Both the position numbers and the translations under genes were made by a program. From an uncultured Verrucomicrobiae bacterium (GTDB lineage Bacteria; Verrucomicrobiota; Verrucomicrobiia; Chthoniobacterales; JAATET01): a stretch of 64,000 bases of DNA. Under the pieces are notes generated by a model, which saw nothing but the letters and a program-made list of their open reading frames with translations, searched no databases and had not been told where the DNA came from. The stretch is from positions 1 to 64,000 of the forward strand of contig CAVRCI010000015.1 of NCBI GenBank assembly GCA_963719495.1, written 5' to 3'. Below, one piece after another: positions 48,737 to 58,414 of the stretch. Every line of letters begins with the position of its first letter. Within the stretch, counting starts at the first letter, position 1.

Positions 48737-48762
48737 GAGGGATCGGTGGTATTGAATCGTTT
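48737..48762 (+). promoter_or_regulatory. Putative ECF-sigma promoter 1
   Basis: GAGGGA-N15-CGTTT, 8 nt before ATG 48771. Confidence 0.75.
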
Positions 48763-48770
48763 TACCGACG

Positions 48771-49103
48771 ATGAAGACCGAACTCGACGCCCTGCTTGCC
48801 GCCTCGCGGAACCGCGCGATGCCCGATCTGCCGGGCGCGTTCTCGGCGGACGTCCTGCGCGAGATTCGGTTGCGCCGAGCGGACGGAGCGGCTCACCATC
48901 CGTGGTGGGTCGATCTGCTGGATCTCGCGCGGCGGCCGGCGCTCGTCGCCGCCGGTGTCGGATTTGCTTTGGTCGTCGGGATCCTCACTCCGATGATCGC
49001 GGGAACTTCGGTCGCGGCGGACGGGCGGCAATTTTCGGAATTCAGCATCTTCTCCAGCGCCGCGCCGAACCTCCCCTCCGGCCTGCTGGCTCGAGCGCGA
49101 TGA
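48771..49103 (+). CDS. Single-TM putative anti-sigma factor (CnrY-like position)
   Basis: Small, one TM, first gene of the sensor-ECF operon. Confidence 0.65.
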   Translation: MKTELDALLAASRNRAMPDLPGAFSADVLREIRLRRADGAAHHPWWVDLLDLARRPALVAAGVGFALVVGILTPMIAGTSVAADGRQFSEFSIFSSAAPNLPSGLLARAR

Positions 49104-49573
49104 AACGCATTCCATCGCTCATCCTGTTTTTCGGCCTCGTCGTCGTCGTTGCGGCGTGCGCGGCCGGGGTCTGCGCGTGGGTTTGTTCCCAGTCGCAGCG
49201 GCCCGCTCCGATGATGTCGGCCCATGATCTGATTCACACTCAGCTGGGATTGACCGACGAACAAACGGCCGCGCTGGAGCCCATCGAGGAATCTTACGCC
49301 GAGCGGCGCGGGGGCCTCGAGCGGGCGCTCGACGAAGCGAATGGCGCGCTCGCCGATGCGATCGTCGCCGACGGGCGCGACTCGGAGGGCGTGCATCGGG
49401 CGATCGAGGAGATCCATTCGCGGATGGGTGATTTGCAGAAGGAAACCATCGGTCACGTCTTCGCGATGCGGGCCGTGCTGACTCCGGATCAATACGACCA
49501 GCTCATCGCGCTGACCGCCGAGGCGCTCCGCGGGGCCGACACCGACACCGGGGAGCATGCCCACTCCCACTGA
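49100..49573 (+). CDS. Periplasmic heavy-metal sensor (CnrX/NccX-like)
   Basis: TM anchor, HxxxH (HDLIH), Glu, and HxxxM (HVFAM), matching the CnrX ligand pattern. Confidence 0.85.
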   Translation: MKRIPSLILFFGLVVVVAACAAGVCAWVCSQSQRPAPMMSAHDLIHTQLGLTDEQTAALEPIEESYAERRGGLERALDEANGALADAIVADGRDSEGVHRAIEEIHSRMGDLQKETIGHVFAMRAVLTPDQYDQLIALTAEALRGADTDTGEHAHSH

Positions 49574-50159
49574 GCCGGAGGAGGTCGATGACTGGGAACT
49601 CGCCGCCCTCGCGCGCAGCGGCGACGAGTCGGCTTACGAGGTTCTCATTAGTCGGCACCAACGGGGGATTCACGCGTTCATTTTCCGCTCGGTCGGTGAC
49701 CACGAGACCGCGGCGGATCTGGCGCAGGAGGTGTTCGTGCGGGCGTGGTTCGCGCTCGAGCGCGTCGTGCCGAAGGCAAAGTTCAGCACGTGGCTCTTCC
49801 AGATCGCGATCAACCTCTGCCGCGATCAGGCGAAGTCCAAGGCCGGTCGCCAGGCGCGACTGAACGATCCGCTCGTGCGCCGCGGCGGCGACGGCGAGGA
49901 GATCGAACGCGACCTCCCGCACCCCGGGTCGTCACCCGCCGCCGAGGCGCAGCACGCCGAGCTCGTCGCCGCCCTCGACGCAGAAATCGCCCGCCTCCCG
50001 CCCGACCAGCGCGAGGCGTTCGTGCTCGGGGTCCTCACCGGCCACTCGCACAAGGAGATCGCCGAAATGCTCCGCCTCACCCCCAAAGCCGTCGAAGTCC
50101 GCATCTACCGAGCGCGCCAGACCCTCGCCGCCCGCCTCGAACTCCGCGGCATTCGGTGA
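49557..50159 (+). CDS. ECF sigma factor (CnrH/NccH-like)
   Basis: DLAQEVF, FSTWLFQIAINLCRD, SHKEIAEML...VEVRIYRAR. Confidence 0.92.
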   Translation: MPTPTEPEEVDDWELAALARSGDESAYEVLISRHQRGIHAFIFRSVGDHETAADLAQEVFVRAWFALERVVPKAKFSTWLFQIAINLCRDQAKSKAGRQARLNDPLVRRGGDGEEIERDLPHPGSSPAAEAQHAELVAALDAEIARLPPDQREAFVLGVLTGHSHKEIAEMLRLTPKAVEVRIYRARQTLAARLELRGIR

Positions 50160-50414
50160 CGTCGGACGTCACGAATCGGGACCGAGGGACGGAAAGGGTG
50201 TCGCAATTGAAGCGGTCGGCCAGATTTGGAGTCACGAAGCTGAAACGCTACCGACCCCGCTGATCGCTACCGGGGCGGCTCGGCTGATTGCAACCCAATG
50301 CCGCGGCAGATTGCTACCTTGCTACCGCGAACATCGTTGGTGTCGATTGCTCCAGCTCGCGCGTCTTCCGCTGCTAGTTCGTGTCAGTCGCGAGTCAATC
50401 TGCCGGCCAGTAGA

Positions 50415-50560
50415 TTAAATTTTCCGACTTTCCTTCTTTGCTCGTTTTTCGAGTGCTGAAATGATTTTGAGATAGTCCCATTCGACACGATCCAACGTGA
50501 GGGCTTGGTGTCTCTTCAGTTCCTGCGTGGTCTTCGCTTTGGCCTGATCGAGCAAGGGGC
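50415..50560 (-). pseudogene. Possible remnant of a RhuM-family gene C-terminus
   Basis: AKAK..QE......LDRVEWDYLK.I.ALEK recalls RhuM C-termini; AT-richer patch. Confidence 0.35.
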
Positions 50561-50798
50561 CTCGCTTGCGCTCTTTTCGAACTGTCAACTGCTGGTTGAC
50601 ACTTGCCTGCTCAGTCGGTTCTTGATCCCTGAAAATCACGCCGGTCATGCCTGGCCTCCTTCCAGCTTTTGACGCGGATTGCGCGGATCATACGGAATGC
50701 ATGAATCCGTGTGCGTGATCCGCGACGTCTGCGGTTGAAACCTCACTTCAGGGAATTCCTTCGCGCTCTCCGCGTTCCTTGCGGTTCGAAGTATTTTC

Positions 50799-50824
50799 GA
50801 GGGATTCGGCGGTGGGGGTCGTTT
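50799..50824 (+). promoter_or_regulatory. Putative ECF-sigma promoter 2
   Basis: GAGGGA-N15-CGTTT, 11 nt before ATG 50836. Confidence 0.75.
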
Positions 50825-50835
50825 GATCACTCGAT

Positions 50836-51129
50836 ATGAAAAAACTCACCCTCCTACTCGCCACCGTCGTCCTCGGAATCGCCAACGTCTCGCACGCTGA
50901 AGACGCCGTCGAAACCCAGTCCACCTACCCGCTGACGACCTGCATCGTGTCCGGTGAAGCTCTCGATTCCATGGGGAAACCTTACGTTCTCAACTACGAA
51001 GGCGAAGAGGTTCAGCTCTGCTGCAAGATGTGCCGGAAGGAATTCGAAAAGAGCCCCGAAGAGTTCATGACCAAACTCGAGGCAGCCAAAGCGACCGCGG
51101 CGACCGGCGGCGAGGCTTCGCAGGAATGA
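50836..51129 (+). CDS. Secreted YHS/TRASH-like metal-binding protein
   Basis: Signal peptide, CIVSG...YEG..V.LCCKMC..EF. Confidence 0.8.
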   Translation: MKKLTLLLATVVLGIANVSHAEDAVETQSTYPLTTCIVSGEALDSMGKPYVLNYEGEEVQLCCKMCRKEFEKSPEEFMTKLEAAKATAATGGEASQE

Positions 51130-51206
51130 GCGCTCGCGACTCCGATCAACCGATCCGAGACCCGTCCAGCTTGCGATGAAAGCCGTCGATTGAACGTGAA
51201 CACCGA

Positions 51207-51944
51207 ATGAAAAAACGAGCGAGCATCACCCGAATGGTGACCCCTGAGCACGTGTGCCCGTGGGGGATCAAGGCCATCGATCTGCTTCGGCGGAACGATT
51301 TCGAGATCGAGGACAACCTCCTCGAATCGATGGACGCCAACGCCGCCTACAAGAAGCAGAACGGCTACGATGAGACGCCGCAGATCTTCATCGAGGGCGA
51401 ACGCGTCGGCGGCTACGACGCCCTGCGTGAGCACCTCGGTCTGGGACCCGATCCGAAGGAGGGGAAGACCTACCAACCGGTCCTTGCCGTCTTCGCCGTC
51501 ACGTTCCTCATGGCGCTCACGACGTGTTGGGCCATGCCGGGCGGGCTGTCCGTCATCCGCGTGCTGGAGCTTTTCATCGCCTTCAGCATGTGCGTTCTCG
51601 GGATTCTCAAGCTCCAGGATCTTCTCTCCTTTGCCACGGGGTTCGTCCAATACGACGTGATCGCGCGGCGCTACGTGCCGTATTCCTACGTGTATCCGTT
51701 CGTCGAGGCGGGGGCGGGCATTCTCATGATCGCCGGGATCGCCACGTGGATCGCCGCACCGGCGGCGTTGTTCGTGAGCACGGTGGGAGCGTTCTCGGTG
51801 ATCAAGGCGGTTTACGTCGAGAAGCGCGACGTGAATTGCGCCTGCGTCGGCGGCGGCAGCAGCGTGCCGCTCGGTGCCATCTCGCTCACCGAGAATCTCA
51901 TGATGATCGCGATGTCGGTGTGGATGATCGTAAAAGCGATCTGA
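51207..51944 (+). CDS. Glutaredoxin-MauE/DoxX fusion membrane protein
   Basis: CPWG, TPQIFI...GGYD, YPFVE, CACVGG. Confidence 0.88.
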   Translation: MKKRASITRMVTPEHVCPWGIKAIDLLRRNDFEIEDNLLESMDANAAYKKQNGYDETPQIFIEGERVGGYDALREHLGLGPDPKEGKTYQPVLAVFAVTFLMALTTCWAMPGGLSVIRVLELFIAFSMCVLGILKLQDLLSFATGFVQYDVIARRYVPYSYVYPFVEAGAGILMIAGIATWIAAPAALFVSTVGAFSVIKAVYVEKRDVNCACVGGGSSVPLGAISLTENLMMIAMSVWMIVKAI

Positions 51945-52065
51945 ATTTGTGGAGGGCGAGGCTCCTGCCGAGCCGTTGTTCCCGTGGCGCGGAGATCCTG
52001 GGTGAAGGTCACGGCTCGGCGGGAGCCTCGCTCCGGGGGGGTGGGGTGGAGCTTCGCATTCGCGT

Positions 52066-52091
52066 GAGGGAATTGCTCGGATTTACCGTTT
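52066..52091 (+). promoter_or_regulatory. Putative ECF-sigma promoter 3
   Basis: GAGGGA-N15-CGTTT, 8 nt before GTG 52100. Confidence 0.75.
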
Positions 52092-52099
52092 CATCGGAT

Positions 52100-52531
52100 G
52101 TGAAAACTTTTTGTCTGACTTTCGTTGCTCTTGGTCTCTTGTCTTTTGCCGGGTCCGCTTCGGCGGGGAGCATTTCGTCGGCGTCGCTGGTGACCGCTTT
52201 GCGGCTCGAGAACGTGACCGTCGATGCCCACTCCGGGGTGATTCGTGGTCGGACTCGATTGAATTTCGGCTACGCCGTGCCGCGTTCGACGCACGTTCAC
52301 GTCGAGCTGGTCAACGGTGCTGGGCGGGTGGTGGTCGTGGGTTGTCAGCGGGTGAATCCGGCGCTTCTCAGTGGGCATCCGCGGTTGCCGAGTAGTCGGA
52401 ATCGGGCGGAGGCTTTCGCGTTCCGATTGCCGGATTCGTCGGGGGATGCGGGGGACTTGCGCGTGGTGCTGGAAAGCGGATCGTGCTCCGGCGTGGCTGA
52501 GGTTCACCATCACGCTGGCGCTTCGGCGTGA
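52100..52531 (+). CDS. Secreted hypothetical protein with His-rich C-terminus
   Basis: Signal peptide VKTFCLTFVALGLLSFAGSASA; HVH and HHH; directly after promoter 3. Confidence 0.6.
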   Translation: MKTFCLTFVALGLLSFAGSASAGSISSASLVTALRLENVTVDAHSGVIRGRTRLNFGYAVPRSTHVHVELVNGAGRVVVVGCQRVNPALLSGHPRLPSSRNRAEAFAFRLPDSSGDAGDLRVVLESGSCSGVAEVHHHAGASA

Positions 52532-52930
52532 GCAATTGCCGCCAGGGCGAGGTTCCGGTGGTAGGATTGCCGGCGGATCGCCCAGCGAAGGGGAGGCTCT
52601 ACACCTGCCCGATGCACCCGGAGATCGAGCAGGATCAGCCGGGCGAGTGCCCGATTTACGGGATGGCACTCGAGTCGAAGGGAGCCCAGGGTGGGTGGCG
52701 GGGAGGACGAGGGGAAATCGGAACTCGACGACCTGACGCGGCGGCTGTGGGTCGCCGCGCCGCTGGGGCTCGTGGTGATAACGCTCTCGATGGGCGGGAT
52801 GATCCCCGGCGCGGGATTTTTGCACTGGGAGAGCGGACTGTTGCTGGGTCCGATCATCGCGGCGGCGGCGATGAGCTTGAGTTCGGTGTCGGTGATCACG
52901 AACGCGTTGCGGCTGCGGTCGGGGCGGTGA
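52528..52930 (+). pseudogene. Cu(I) P1B-ATPase remnant (frameshift plus large internal deletion)
   Basis: YTCPMHPEI..PGECP.YGMALE, first TM, then directly the terminal IAAAAMSLSSVSVITNALRLR. Confidence 0.85.
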
Positions 52931-53107
52931 CTTGGTGGCGGGTGGGGGCTTTTCCAGACCTGTCATCTTGAGCGGAGCGAAAGATCTCTGGCTTCTTCGG
53001 GGCGGCGGTATGGGATGCAGTGTCAGTCAGAGATGCTTAGCTTCGCTCAGCATGACAGGAATTAGTCGGGCCGCTTCGCGGTGGTTGGCACTGCGGGACG
53101 TGGGCAC

Positions 53108-53140
53108 AAAAAAGAGGGGCCACTTTCGTGTCCCCCCTTT
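53108..53140 (-). terminator. Intrinsic terminator of the SWIB gene
   Basis: aaaaaagaggggccac-tttc-gtgtccccccttt imperfect hairpin with T-run on the minus strand. Confidence 0.6.
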
Positions 53141-53182
53141 GAGATTCGTTCGCGCCGGGTGGCGCGCTTGGTCATCCGCGAT

Positions 53183-53509
53183 CTATTCGACGTTGGCGCC
53201 GACGACTGCGGCCATCTGCATCATGTCGATGGTCTGGCCTTCCTTGAGCTTGGTGAGGTCGGTGACCTTGCCGGACTTGCTGGTCGACTTCGTCTTGTTG
53301 AAGATCGGGAGGAGCTTGGCGTCGGCGACGATGTATTTGCCGGCGTTCTCGGGCTTCCCGTTTTCCTTGGTGGTCTGGAGCTTGTTCGCCTTGATGTAGT
53401 CCCAAAGCTTCTTGGTGACTTCGGTGCGGGGAAGCTCTTTCGCGCCCGCCAGAGCGGCGAGTTCGCTTTTGAGTTTCACCGGTTTCTTGAGTCCTTTTTC
53501 TTCTGCCAT
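53183..53509 (-). CDS. SWIB/MDM2-domain protein
   Basis: LAAL.G...LPRTEVTKKLWDYIKANKLQ...I.AD.KL..IF. Confidence 0.9.
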   Translation of the reverse strand: MAEEKGLKKPVKLKSELAALAGAKELPRTEVTKKLWDYIKANKLQTTKENGKPENAGKYIVADAKLLPIFNKTKSTSKSGKVTDLTKLKEGQTIDMMQMAAVVGANVE

Positions 53510-53747
53510 AATCGTGTGGAGGTTTTTTTAGTTTGGTTTGTGAGTTGCGGCTTCCCGCTCTGGGTTTTCTCCAGACGGTAGTGCCGGGAGCGTGTCGCCC
53601 GCGATCAGGACCGCGGGTGAGCCGAGCAGAGTGTTCGAAGTCTCCCCAAGCGTCAACACTGCGGGAAGGGCTGTCTGAGAGTTGCATCGAATCAAGAATG
53701 AGGAATCGCCGGTTGTCGGGCCGGATCGTCCGGTCTACCGTCCAGAC

Positions 53748-54812
53748 ATGTCCCGGATCATTTACTCCCTCATCCTATGTCTATTTCTTCCGGTCGCCCT
53801 CCGTGCGCAGGGGTTGGATGCGGCGGTCGACCGAATTCTCGCCGGGAAGCTCGTTCCGAATGGGCCGGGCGTCGCGATCCTGGTCATGAAGGACGGGCGT
53901 CCGCTGCTCCAGAAGACGGTCGGATTCGCCGACGTCGCGACGAAACGTCCGATCAACCGCCAGACCGTTTTCGATCTCGCTTCGGTCTCGAAACCCATCA
54001 CGGGACTCGCGATTGCGTCGCTGGTCGAGGACGGCAAGCTCCGATTGGAGGATAGCGTTGAGAGCGTGTTGCCGGACTTCCGGGTGCCGCGGCGCGGGAG
54101 GGCGATCACGATCCGCGATCTGCTGCAGCACACTTCGGGGTTGGCCGATTACACGAGCGGTTACCCGGGGAACGACGAGAAGTTTGCCGCGATCACGACC
54201 GAGCTGCATTTGGAGTGGCTCAATTCGACGCGGCCCCGCCTGCCGTCGGGCCGTCGGTTTCAATACAATAATTCGAACTACACCCTCCTGGCGCTCATCG
54301 CCGAGCGGGTGTCCGGGCTGTCGTTTGCCGAGTATTGCCGGAGAAATGTCCTGCGTCCGGCGCGGATGAAGGGAAGTTTCGTTTACGACGGCAGCCGGAA
54401 GCTGCCCCGCCGGGCGGCGTCGGGTTATCTCGTCCGCGGCCGCCAGGTGAAGTCGTCGCAGCTGCTCACCAACATCACGGGCGACGGCAACGTCTACACG
54501 TCGATCAAGGACCTCGTGGCGTTCGTCCGCGCGATTCGGCGCAATCGAATTCTGAAAGCCGCGACGCTCGAGGAGGTTTGGACCAATGGGAAAATGGACA
54601 ACGGCGCTCCGATTCGCGACCAGGGTTACGGTTACGGACTGGGGTGGGAAATCCGCGGTTCCGAGCGGGGTCACACGGGATCGTGGTCCGGGACTTCGAC
54701 GTTTCTGGTGATCGATCCGGTGAAAGACGTGGCCGTGGCCGTGATGAGCAACGACGAGCGATTCGACACCTTGCGGGTGGGCGAGGCGATCATGCGGCTG
54801 GTGACGGACTGA
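53748..54812 (+). CDS. Serine hydrolase, beta-lactamase/AmpC family
   Basis: Signal peptide, SVSK, LLQHTSG, YNN, HTG. Confidence 0.9.
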   Translation: MSRIIYSLILCLFLPVALRAQGLDAAVDRILAGKLVPNGPGVAILVMKDGRPLLQKTVGFADVATKRPINRQTVFDLASVSKPITGLAIASLVEDGKLRLEDSVESVLPDFRVPRRGRAITIRDLLQHTSGLADYTSGYPGNDEKFAAITTELHLEWLNSTRPRLPSGRRFQYNNSNYTLLALIAERVSGLSFAEYCRRNVLRPARMKGSFVYDGSRKLPRRAASGYLVRGRQVKSSQLLTNITGDGNVYTSIKDLVAFVRAIRRNRILKAATLEEVWTNGKMDNGAPIRDQGYGYGLGWEIRGSERGHTGSWSGTSTFLVIDPVKDVAVAVMSNDERFDTLRVGEAIMRLVTD

Positions 54813-55231
54813 GCGATTGCCGCGCTCAGGAACGAAGCCGGAAGAAGGTCGTGCTCGCCGCGGAGAGGGTGACCCGCTCGCGCGATCCGTCCGGCAGATC
54901 GAGCGTGCGGTGGCCGCTTTTGGCGATGTGGACCGACGGCCAACCTCCGCCGCCGGCGATCATTTCGGCAAACGGGATGGGCTGCCAGCCGACCGAGGCG
55001 TCCGGCCCGTGGAGGGCTTGCCGAGCGCTGGCGGATTGGCAGGAAGGAGGTCGTGATGATCGAGAGCGGGGTGGGTTTTTTTATAAATCGGTGGCGAAAA
55101 GTGTTTGGGGCGGATGAAATTCTGGCTTGGGGGCGAATACCCGGAGCATTTTCAAAGTCTCCGGAAAGGCGCCGAAAAAAGGGGGAGGGATACCCTTTCC
55201 CGTAATCGCTGATCGGATCAGCCAGTTGGGA

Positions 55232-56101
55232 TCAGCCAGTTGATTTCAAAGCGGTCTCACTCGGGACGAGTTCGGTCCAGATCGACTGGATGTCTTTTCC
55301 GAGGACGATCGCGTCGTCCCAGCTCTTTGGAAAACAGCTGAGGCCGTAGCCTGGTTTTGGTCCCAGCTCCGGCATGACCCACAGTTCGTTGTTCGGGCGT
55401 GGGCCGGCGAGCCAATGCTGGAGGGCGGTCCGGATGAAGGGGCGCATCTCCTCGTATTCCGGGGAGAAACTACCGTTTCCGTCGGTGACCGGGACCATGC
55501 AGTGGTGGCCGTTGAACGGGCGCATGTGCCACAGAGTCGACTTCTGAAAGAGCGCAAGATCCTCGAATAGACGCTCGGCGTAGTTGCTGGCGTCGAGGTG
55601 CTTGATGATGGCGGGGTGGGAGAAGTCGAAGTTCACGCGCGGATCTTTACCGGTCGCCTTCCGCACGCCTTCGACGATGGCGTAGGTTTTTTCCGGCGTC
55701 TCGGTGCAGGTGTCGCGGTGCATCTCGAGGTGCACGGCGGCGTTCTGTTTTTCGGCCTCCGCCATGAGCGCGATGGTCAGTTCGGTCGCGCGGTCGACCG
55801 GCGTGTCGTGATCGCCCAGCTGGCAGTTGATCGGGCCGTCGCCGATCTCGAGGATCGCGCGAATTTGGGGCTCGAATTGCTCCTCCGAGCCGGCGTCGAA
55901 CGCTCCGCCGAAAAGCAGGCCACGGGCGGCGAGCGCTTCCGCGAGTGCGGGCTCGTCCGCGGCGGCGCAGAACGCGTCGAAGCCGGCGGCTTTGACGGCG
56001 TCGAGGCGCTGGTCGAGCGACCACTCGGCGTCGGGGGACGGGTGACCCCAGAAGGTCCAGTGGTTGATCGTGATGACGAGGCGGGGATTGGATTCTGGCA
56101 T
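55232..56101 (-). CDS. Sugar-phosphate isomerase/epimerase (xylose-isomerase-like TIM barrel)
   Basis: EMHR, DFSH, PELGP. Confidence 0.8.
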   Translation of the reverse strand: MPESNPRLVITINHWTFWGHPSPDAEWSLDQRLDAVKAAGFDAFCAAADEPALAEALAARGLLFGGAFDAGSEEQFEPQIRAILEIGDGPINCQLGDHDTPVDRATELTIALMAEAEKQNAAVHLEMHRDTCTETPEKTYAIVEGVRKATGKDPRVNFDFSHPAIIKHLDASNYAERLFEDLALFQKSTLWHMRPFNGHHCMVPVTDGNGSFSPEYEEMRPFIRTALQHWLAGPRPNNELWVMPELGPKPGYGLSCFPKSWDDAIVLGKDIQSIWTELVPSETALKSTG

Positions 56102-56346
56102 GGAAATCGTTGGGAGAATTGGGTTGGGAGGTGAGGGGGAAGGGCGGCCGCCCGGCTCGAGCGGGTGCCGCTCGCCGACGGCAGCTTCAACGTCAAGGCG
56201 GTGGGCTGCGCCGCCGGATTCTCGGCGGGCCGCAGCGGTTCGTCGAAGCACACCGGCGGGCAATCGGCGTGACGCCGGGCCGGGGGCGGAAGGCGAAATG
56301 AAGGTCTTGCCGAGCCCCGGACCCCGGATTGGGACCGGGAATGGTT

Positions 56347-57117
56347 TCAGCCGCAGAGGTGATTGGTCAGGTATTCGAAGCTCTGCTGGAGCGAATCGAC
56401 GGGATCGCCGGGGGTGGTGTCCTGCTCGACGATGAACCACTGGCACCCGGCGGCCTCGGCGGCGGGGATGATGGCGGCGAAGTCGAGGGTGCCGGAGCCG
56501 ATCTCGCAGTAGGTCGGCTGGTTCTCGATGGTGAATTTGTAGTCCTTGAGGTGGATCATCGGCAGACGGCCGGCGAGCTTGTTGCACCACGCGACGTTAT
56601 CTCCGCCGCCGTAGTGGATCCAGTAGGTGTCGGGCTCGCCCTGAAGGTGGGCGGGATTCGTTTCGTTGTAGATTCGGTCGAGGGCGGTGACGCCGTCGAT
56701 TTGGACGAATTCGATCCCGTGATTGTGGTAGGTGAGGGTGATGCCCTCGGCGGCCATGAGCTTGCCGGCGGCGTCGAGGTCGGCGATGAGCCGACCGAGG
56801 CTGTCGGGGTCGGCCAAGTCGATTCCCCCGGGATAGGGGTAGGCGGTGAGGTTGCAGCGGAGTTTCTCGAGCCGCTCGATCACCTTGGTGGTCTCGCGGA
56901 GAATGGCGTCACTGGCCTCGTGAGTCGCGCAGCAGGTCAAGCCCTCACCGTCGAGGATGGTGTTGAGCTCGTCCTCCGCGATGGGGCACATGCCGCTGAT
57001 TTGGACGGCGGTGTAGCCGGCGGCGCGGACGCGTTTGAGGGTGGAGGCGACGTCGGCGGGTGTCTGGAGGAGGTCCCGGCAGGTGTAAAGTTGGGCGGCG
57101 ATCTGGCTGGCTTTCAT
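56347..57117 (-). CDS. Sugar-phosphate isomerase/epimerase (IolE-like fold)
   Basis: QLYT.R, YHNH..EF, DTYW, HLKD, VEQD. Confidence 0.88.
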   Translation of the reverse strand: MKASQIAAQLYTCRDLLQTPADVASTLKRVRAAGYTAVQISGMCPIAEDELNTILDGEGLTCCATHEASDAILRETTKVIERLEKLRCNLTAYPYPGGIDLADPDSLGRLIADLDAAGKLMAAEGITLTYHNHGIEFVQIDGVTALDRIYNETNPAHLQGEPDTYWIHYGGGDNVAWCNKLAGRLPMIHLKDYKFTIENQPTYCEIGSGTLDFAAIIPAAEAAGCQWFIVEQDTTPGDPVDSLQQSFEYLTNHLCG

Positions 57118-57444
57118 GGTCGTGGGAGGGTGAAGGGCTGGTGGGAAAAGGTCAACTTTTCCAACACTTTTGCGGCTGCGTTCGTGAGGCTGCATGATCG
57201 AAAAACGAGGCAAAGCGGATTGCCACCCGTCGTTGCAACGGGTGATTGGGAAAGCTGGAGCGGCCTACGCGGCTTTCGATCCGCGGGAGGCGGGCCGGGT
57301 CGCGGGTGCCAGAGCGGCGTGGAGGATGATGTTGGCGCGGGTGGAGTCCCGCTCGTTGCGGGTCGCCAGGTAACTCGGGCACGCGGTGCCTGAGCGCACC
57401 GCGGAGGCGGCCGTCGCCGTGTTCGCCGGAGAGCGAGCCGCGGT

Positions 57445-58170
57445 TCAGGGTTTCGGTTTTTCCACGTTGCCATCACCGCGTCGCGTCGCGGTGTAGATCG
57501 TCACGATGCCGAGCCAGAGCGGGCGGGCTTCGGCGAGGCTGAAGCCGGCTTGCTCGATGCGGTCGAGCATTCCGCGCCCGCGGGGGAAGGCTTCGATGGA
57601 TTCGCCTAGGTAGGCGTAAGCTTCCGGGCGGCCGGTGGCGAGGCCCGCGATCTTCGGGAGGACGTGGTGGAGGTAAAGGCGGTAGGCGGCGCGGAGAGGC
57701 GGCGCGGTGGGGAGCGAAAAATCGAGGACGAGGACGTGGCCGCCGGGGCGGATCACGCGGGCCATTTCGGCCAGAGCGCCGTCGTAGGTCGCCATGTTGC
57801 GCAGGCCGAAGGCGACGGTGAGGGCGTCGAAGGCGGCGGTGGCGAAAGGGAGGCGGGTGCCGTCGGCGGCGACGAGGTTCGGGACGGATTTGCGCTGCGC
57901 TTCGCGGAGCATCGGCTCGCAGAAATCAGCGGCAACGACGCGGGCGGCGGGACATTTTTTCGCAAGGACGAGGGCGAGGTCGCCGCTCCCTGTTGCGAGG
58001 TCGAGAACGACGCGGGGACTCCAGGACCGGACGATTCGCGCGGCGAGTCCGCGCCAGAGAAAGTCGGCACCACCGCTCAGCGCATGATTCGCGAAGTCGT
58101 ATCGCCCGGCGATCGAGCTGAAGGTGCCGCGAATGAAGTCGGGGTCTTGTTGGGATCGTGCGCTGATCAC
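57445..58170 (-). CDS. menG: UbiE/MenG quinone-biosynthesis C-methyltransferase
   Basis: F.SIA.RYD..N..LS, LDLATGSGD, AFGLRN, Y.YL.ESI..FP. Confidence 0.85.
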   Translation of the reverse strand: MISARSQQDPDFIRGTFSSIAGRYDFANHALSGGADFLWRGLAARIVRSWSPRVVLDLATGSGDLALVLAKKCPAARVVAADFCEPMLREAQRKSVPNLVAADGTRLPFATAAFDALTVAFGLRNMATYDGALAEMARVIRPGGHVLVLDFSLPTAPPLRAAYRLYLHHVLPKIAGLATGRPEAYAYLGESIEAFPRGRGMLDRIEQAGFSLAEARPLWLGIVTIYTATRRGDGNVEKPKP

Positions 58171-58217
58171 GCGACCATGGATTCGAAAACTGAGATTCGA
58201 AACTCGAAAATAAAAAA

Positions 58218-58298
58218 TGCTCACGAGAGGAGTCGAACCTCCACGAGTTGCCTCACTAGATCCTGAATCTAGCGCGTCTGCCATTCCGCCACGTGAGC
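58218..58298 (-). tRNA. tRNA-Leu(CAG)
   Basis: GCTCACGTGGCGGAATGGCAGACGCG-CTAGA-TTCAGGA-TCTAG...GGTTCGACTCC...CGTGAGCA; CCA not encoded. Confidence 0.96.
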
Positions 58299-58414
58299 TA
58301 CGGGACGAAGAGAATGGCGGGAGTTCTGACGTTTGTAAATGCCGGATCGCGGGAGTTTGCACTGGCATTCGCCCGAGGGTCGTGCGAACGCTTGGGTTCT
58401 TAAACCCATCATCT

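Noticed and set aside
54826..55015. Short minus-strand coding-like remnant (...HIAKSGHRTLDLPDG...TTFFRLRS*)
   Set aside because: Possibly a decayed glycoside hydrolase tail, but too short to support by eye.
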